Program-made: the position numbers and the translations under genes
Assembly (NCBI GenBank): GCA_951406725.2
Contig: OX597820.1
Coordinates: 58,590,001-58,654,000 of the forward strand
Source of the DNA: Octopus vulgaris
Lineage: Eukaryota
Length of the DNA stretch: 64,000 bases
Direction: 5' to 3'
Part shown: piece after piece, positions 61,928 through 64,000 of the stretch
Position numbering within the stretch: the first letter of the stretch is position 1
Layout: every line of letters begins with the position of its first letter
Notes under the pieces: generated by a model
Seen by the model: the letters and a program-made list of their open reading frames with translations, nothing else
The model's database searches: none
What the model was told of the DNA's origin: nothing

Positions 61928-62494
61928 TTGGGTTGTCCGGAAAGTTCGTGCCGATTTATAGTAGTTTGCCTTTCGACTTATTTTAGAACATGGTTGAGTC
62001 CATAAAATAGGATTTGACTACACCTCCATTTAGAGCACAGTTTAAGATATCTTTTCGCGGAAGAAGGTTTATGTTCCTATAACCTGTGTTAATTCTGTAG
62101 CCCTTTAAAATGGAAGATAAGAAAGTTCATTTTCGGCACTTGATGCTTTGGGAACCAGACAAAAATTGTTGCAGATCGGCTGGGATGTGTTACCCCACCC
62201 TCCATATTTACCAGATATTGTTTCTTCGGATTTCCATTTATTCAGGTCTCTGCAGAATTGTCTTAATGGTAAAAATTTCAATTCCTTGGATGACGTAAAA
62301 AGATACCTTGATTAATTCTTTGCCATGAAACCACTTCAATTTCTGGGAAGAGGGTATTTTCAAGTTGAAGGAAAGATAGAGACGCATTGTGCAACAAAAT
62401 GCTTCATATTTGGTTGATTGAAAATGTAATGGCAAGTATTTATTGACCTTTTACTTTCCTTTAAAAATCGGTACGAACTTTCCGGACAACCCAA
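61928..62494 (+). mobile_element. Internally deleted mariner transposon
   Basis: TA-flanked TIRs TTGGGTTGTCCGGAAAGTTCGT(G/A)CCGATTT; MEDKKVHFRHLMLWE joined to GWDVLPHPPYLPDIVSSDFHLFRSLQN (YSPDL region). Confidence 0.92.
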
Positions 62495-62715
62495 TATGTT
62501 ACACCGTTGGCTATTGTGCGCTGGTTTGCTACACTAGCTTCTGTCAAAAAGGGATCCTTGCTCTATATTACACACGCTTTTGTAAATCCTTCTTCACTTC
62601 GCTGTGATTTGAAACTTTTATCCTCTGAATTCTTTCAATATAGAAATATAGCGACACCGATTTCCTGTCTAGTTACAAGATGCTGGGTCTCGGACATCCA
62701 GTTATTTTATCACAG

Positions 62716-62793
62716 ACAGCAGCACACGTGTCAGGAGCTGCATATTACTATCAACGCAAAGATGTCCCTGAGGATACCTGGCCCGCAAATAAG
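62716..62793 (+). CDS. Candidate exon (TAAHVSGAAYYYQRKDVPEDTWPANK)
   Basis: cacag| ... |gtcagt, 78 nt, phase 0-0, compatible with 58811-59017. Confidence 0.4.
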
Positions 62794-62907
62794 GTCAGTA
62801 AAATTAACCTAATATACAATAATTTAACATTCTTATTGTCTGCTTTATTAAGCGTTAATGTTGTTGTCACTGTTATGCTTCTTGTTGCTGCTACTACTGT
62901 TGTTGAT

Positions 62908-63019
62908 TTCTTCTTCTTCTTCTTCTTCTTCTTCTTCTTCTTCTTCTTCTTCTTCTTCTTCTTCTTCTTCTTCTTCTTCTTCTTCTTCTTCTTCTTCTTC
63001 TTCTTCTTCTTCTTCTTCT
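62908..63019. repeat. (CTT)n microsatellite
   Basis: Direct reading. Confidence 0.97.
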
Positions 63020-63269
63020 AATCAGGACTCACGCCATTAGCCACAAAGAATAATCTCTAATTCGAGCCTACTCTAAGCTACTAAGAATTCGTGTGGCAAC
63101 TTGAAGATTCACCCACCACACGCGATAGACTGGCGGTTGCACGGGCGCGAAAGCTACTTTGTTATCCTCATTCCGTAAACGGTGGCTTTTAACAGGTGGA
63201 GAGCTGAACCATCCTGGGGTACAGAGGATTCGCAATCTAGATTAGGGTCTGAATGCTTACCACACCATA

Positions 63270-63478
63270 GTGGGTTACGCCATGGTTCCTCTGCTTTGTG
63301 AAGTAGGAAGAAAGAGTGAGAGAAAGTTGTGGTGAAAGAGTACAGCGGGGTTCACCACCCCAACCCAGCCGGAGCATCGTAGAGCTTAGGTGTTTTTGCT
63401 CAAGAAACACTCACAATGCCCGGTCTGGGAATCGAAACCGGCGTTCTTACGGCCGCGAGTCCGCTGCCATTGTGCCTA
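63270..63478 (-). mobile_element. SINE family D
   Basis: Homologous to 35056-35370. Confidence 0.7.
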
Positions 63479-63803
63479 CACTGTTGTTGTTGATGTTGCT
63501 GGCTCTTGCAGGCATGTTGTTCATTATAATGAACGATATTAATTTATTGAAGGTTGTTTTTGTTTTTTTATCTTTTACTTCTTACGGTCACTGGAATGCG
63601 GCTATACTGGGATACCAACTTGAACTATTTACTCGAACAAATTGATACTAGTACTTTTCTTTAAAGTCTGATACTTATTCTGCCGGCATCTATTGCCCAG
63701 CCCCTAGGTTACAGGGAAGTAAACAAACCAACACTGGTTGTCAAACGGTGGGTGGGCAACAAGCATAAATACATACACGTGATTGAGAGGGAATAGATCC
63801 AGC

Positions 63804-63890
63804 GGATCTTTACCTTTTGACTGACAGATTAAAAAAAAATTTTTTTTGTAACTAAACACTTTCAAACTGTAGGTCAAAAGGTAAAGATCC
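63804..63890. mobile_element. Minimal Merlin-like MITE (deletion derivative)
   Basis: GGATCTTTACCTTTTGAC ... GTCAAAAGGTAAAGATCC; degenerate 8-bp TSD GATCCAGC/GATTCTGC. Confidence 0.8.
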
Positions 63891-63907
63891 GATTCTGCAT
63901 TGTTTCA

Positions 63908-63941
<34 letters not shown>

Positions 63942-64000
63942 AGATAAAACTTACTATTAAATGGATGCGTGGCGCGTTCGATCATATGATTATATATATA

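Noticed and set aside
59000-62730. FWD|TAAH resembling the small-GTPase WDTAG motif
   Set aside because: No glycine at the motif and no P-loop or other GTPase motifs in the candidate exons.

Overview
Eukaryotic, AT-rich, microsatellite- and transposon-dense animal DNA, most likely an octopus (inferred from the SINE/LINE repertoire and repeat load, not from a database match). The only confidently identified host gene is TMEM59: five + strand coding exons (27411-35632) with consistent splice phases; its first exon was not found, so the first 27 kb is probably intron. That region holds a decayed Ty3/Gypsy pol, three young 5'-truncated RTE-clade LINEs with a C4HC3 PHD finger inside the RT region and a variable ~61-bp double-hairpin array in the 3' UTR, and many SINEs and MITEs. 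Downstream are Merlin-, hAT-, Tc1/mariner- and foldback-type elements, a (TAA)n-embedded non-coding retroposon, and candidate exons of an unidentified gene. The most interesting signals are several minimal type-I hammerhead ribozyme motifs in small (TA)n-embedded Penelope/retrozyme-like units, a perfect 87-bp intronic palindrome, and an apparent CpG-decay boundary near 45-47 kb. Most listed ORFs are repeat or microsatellite artefacts. Repeat boundaries are approximate unless a TSD or TIR is quoted.
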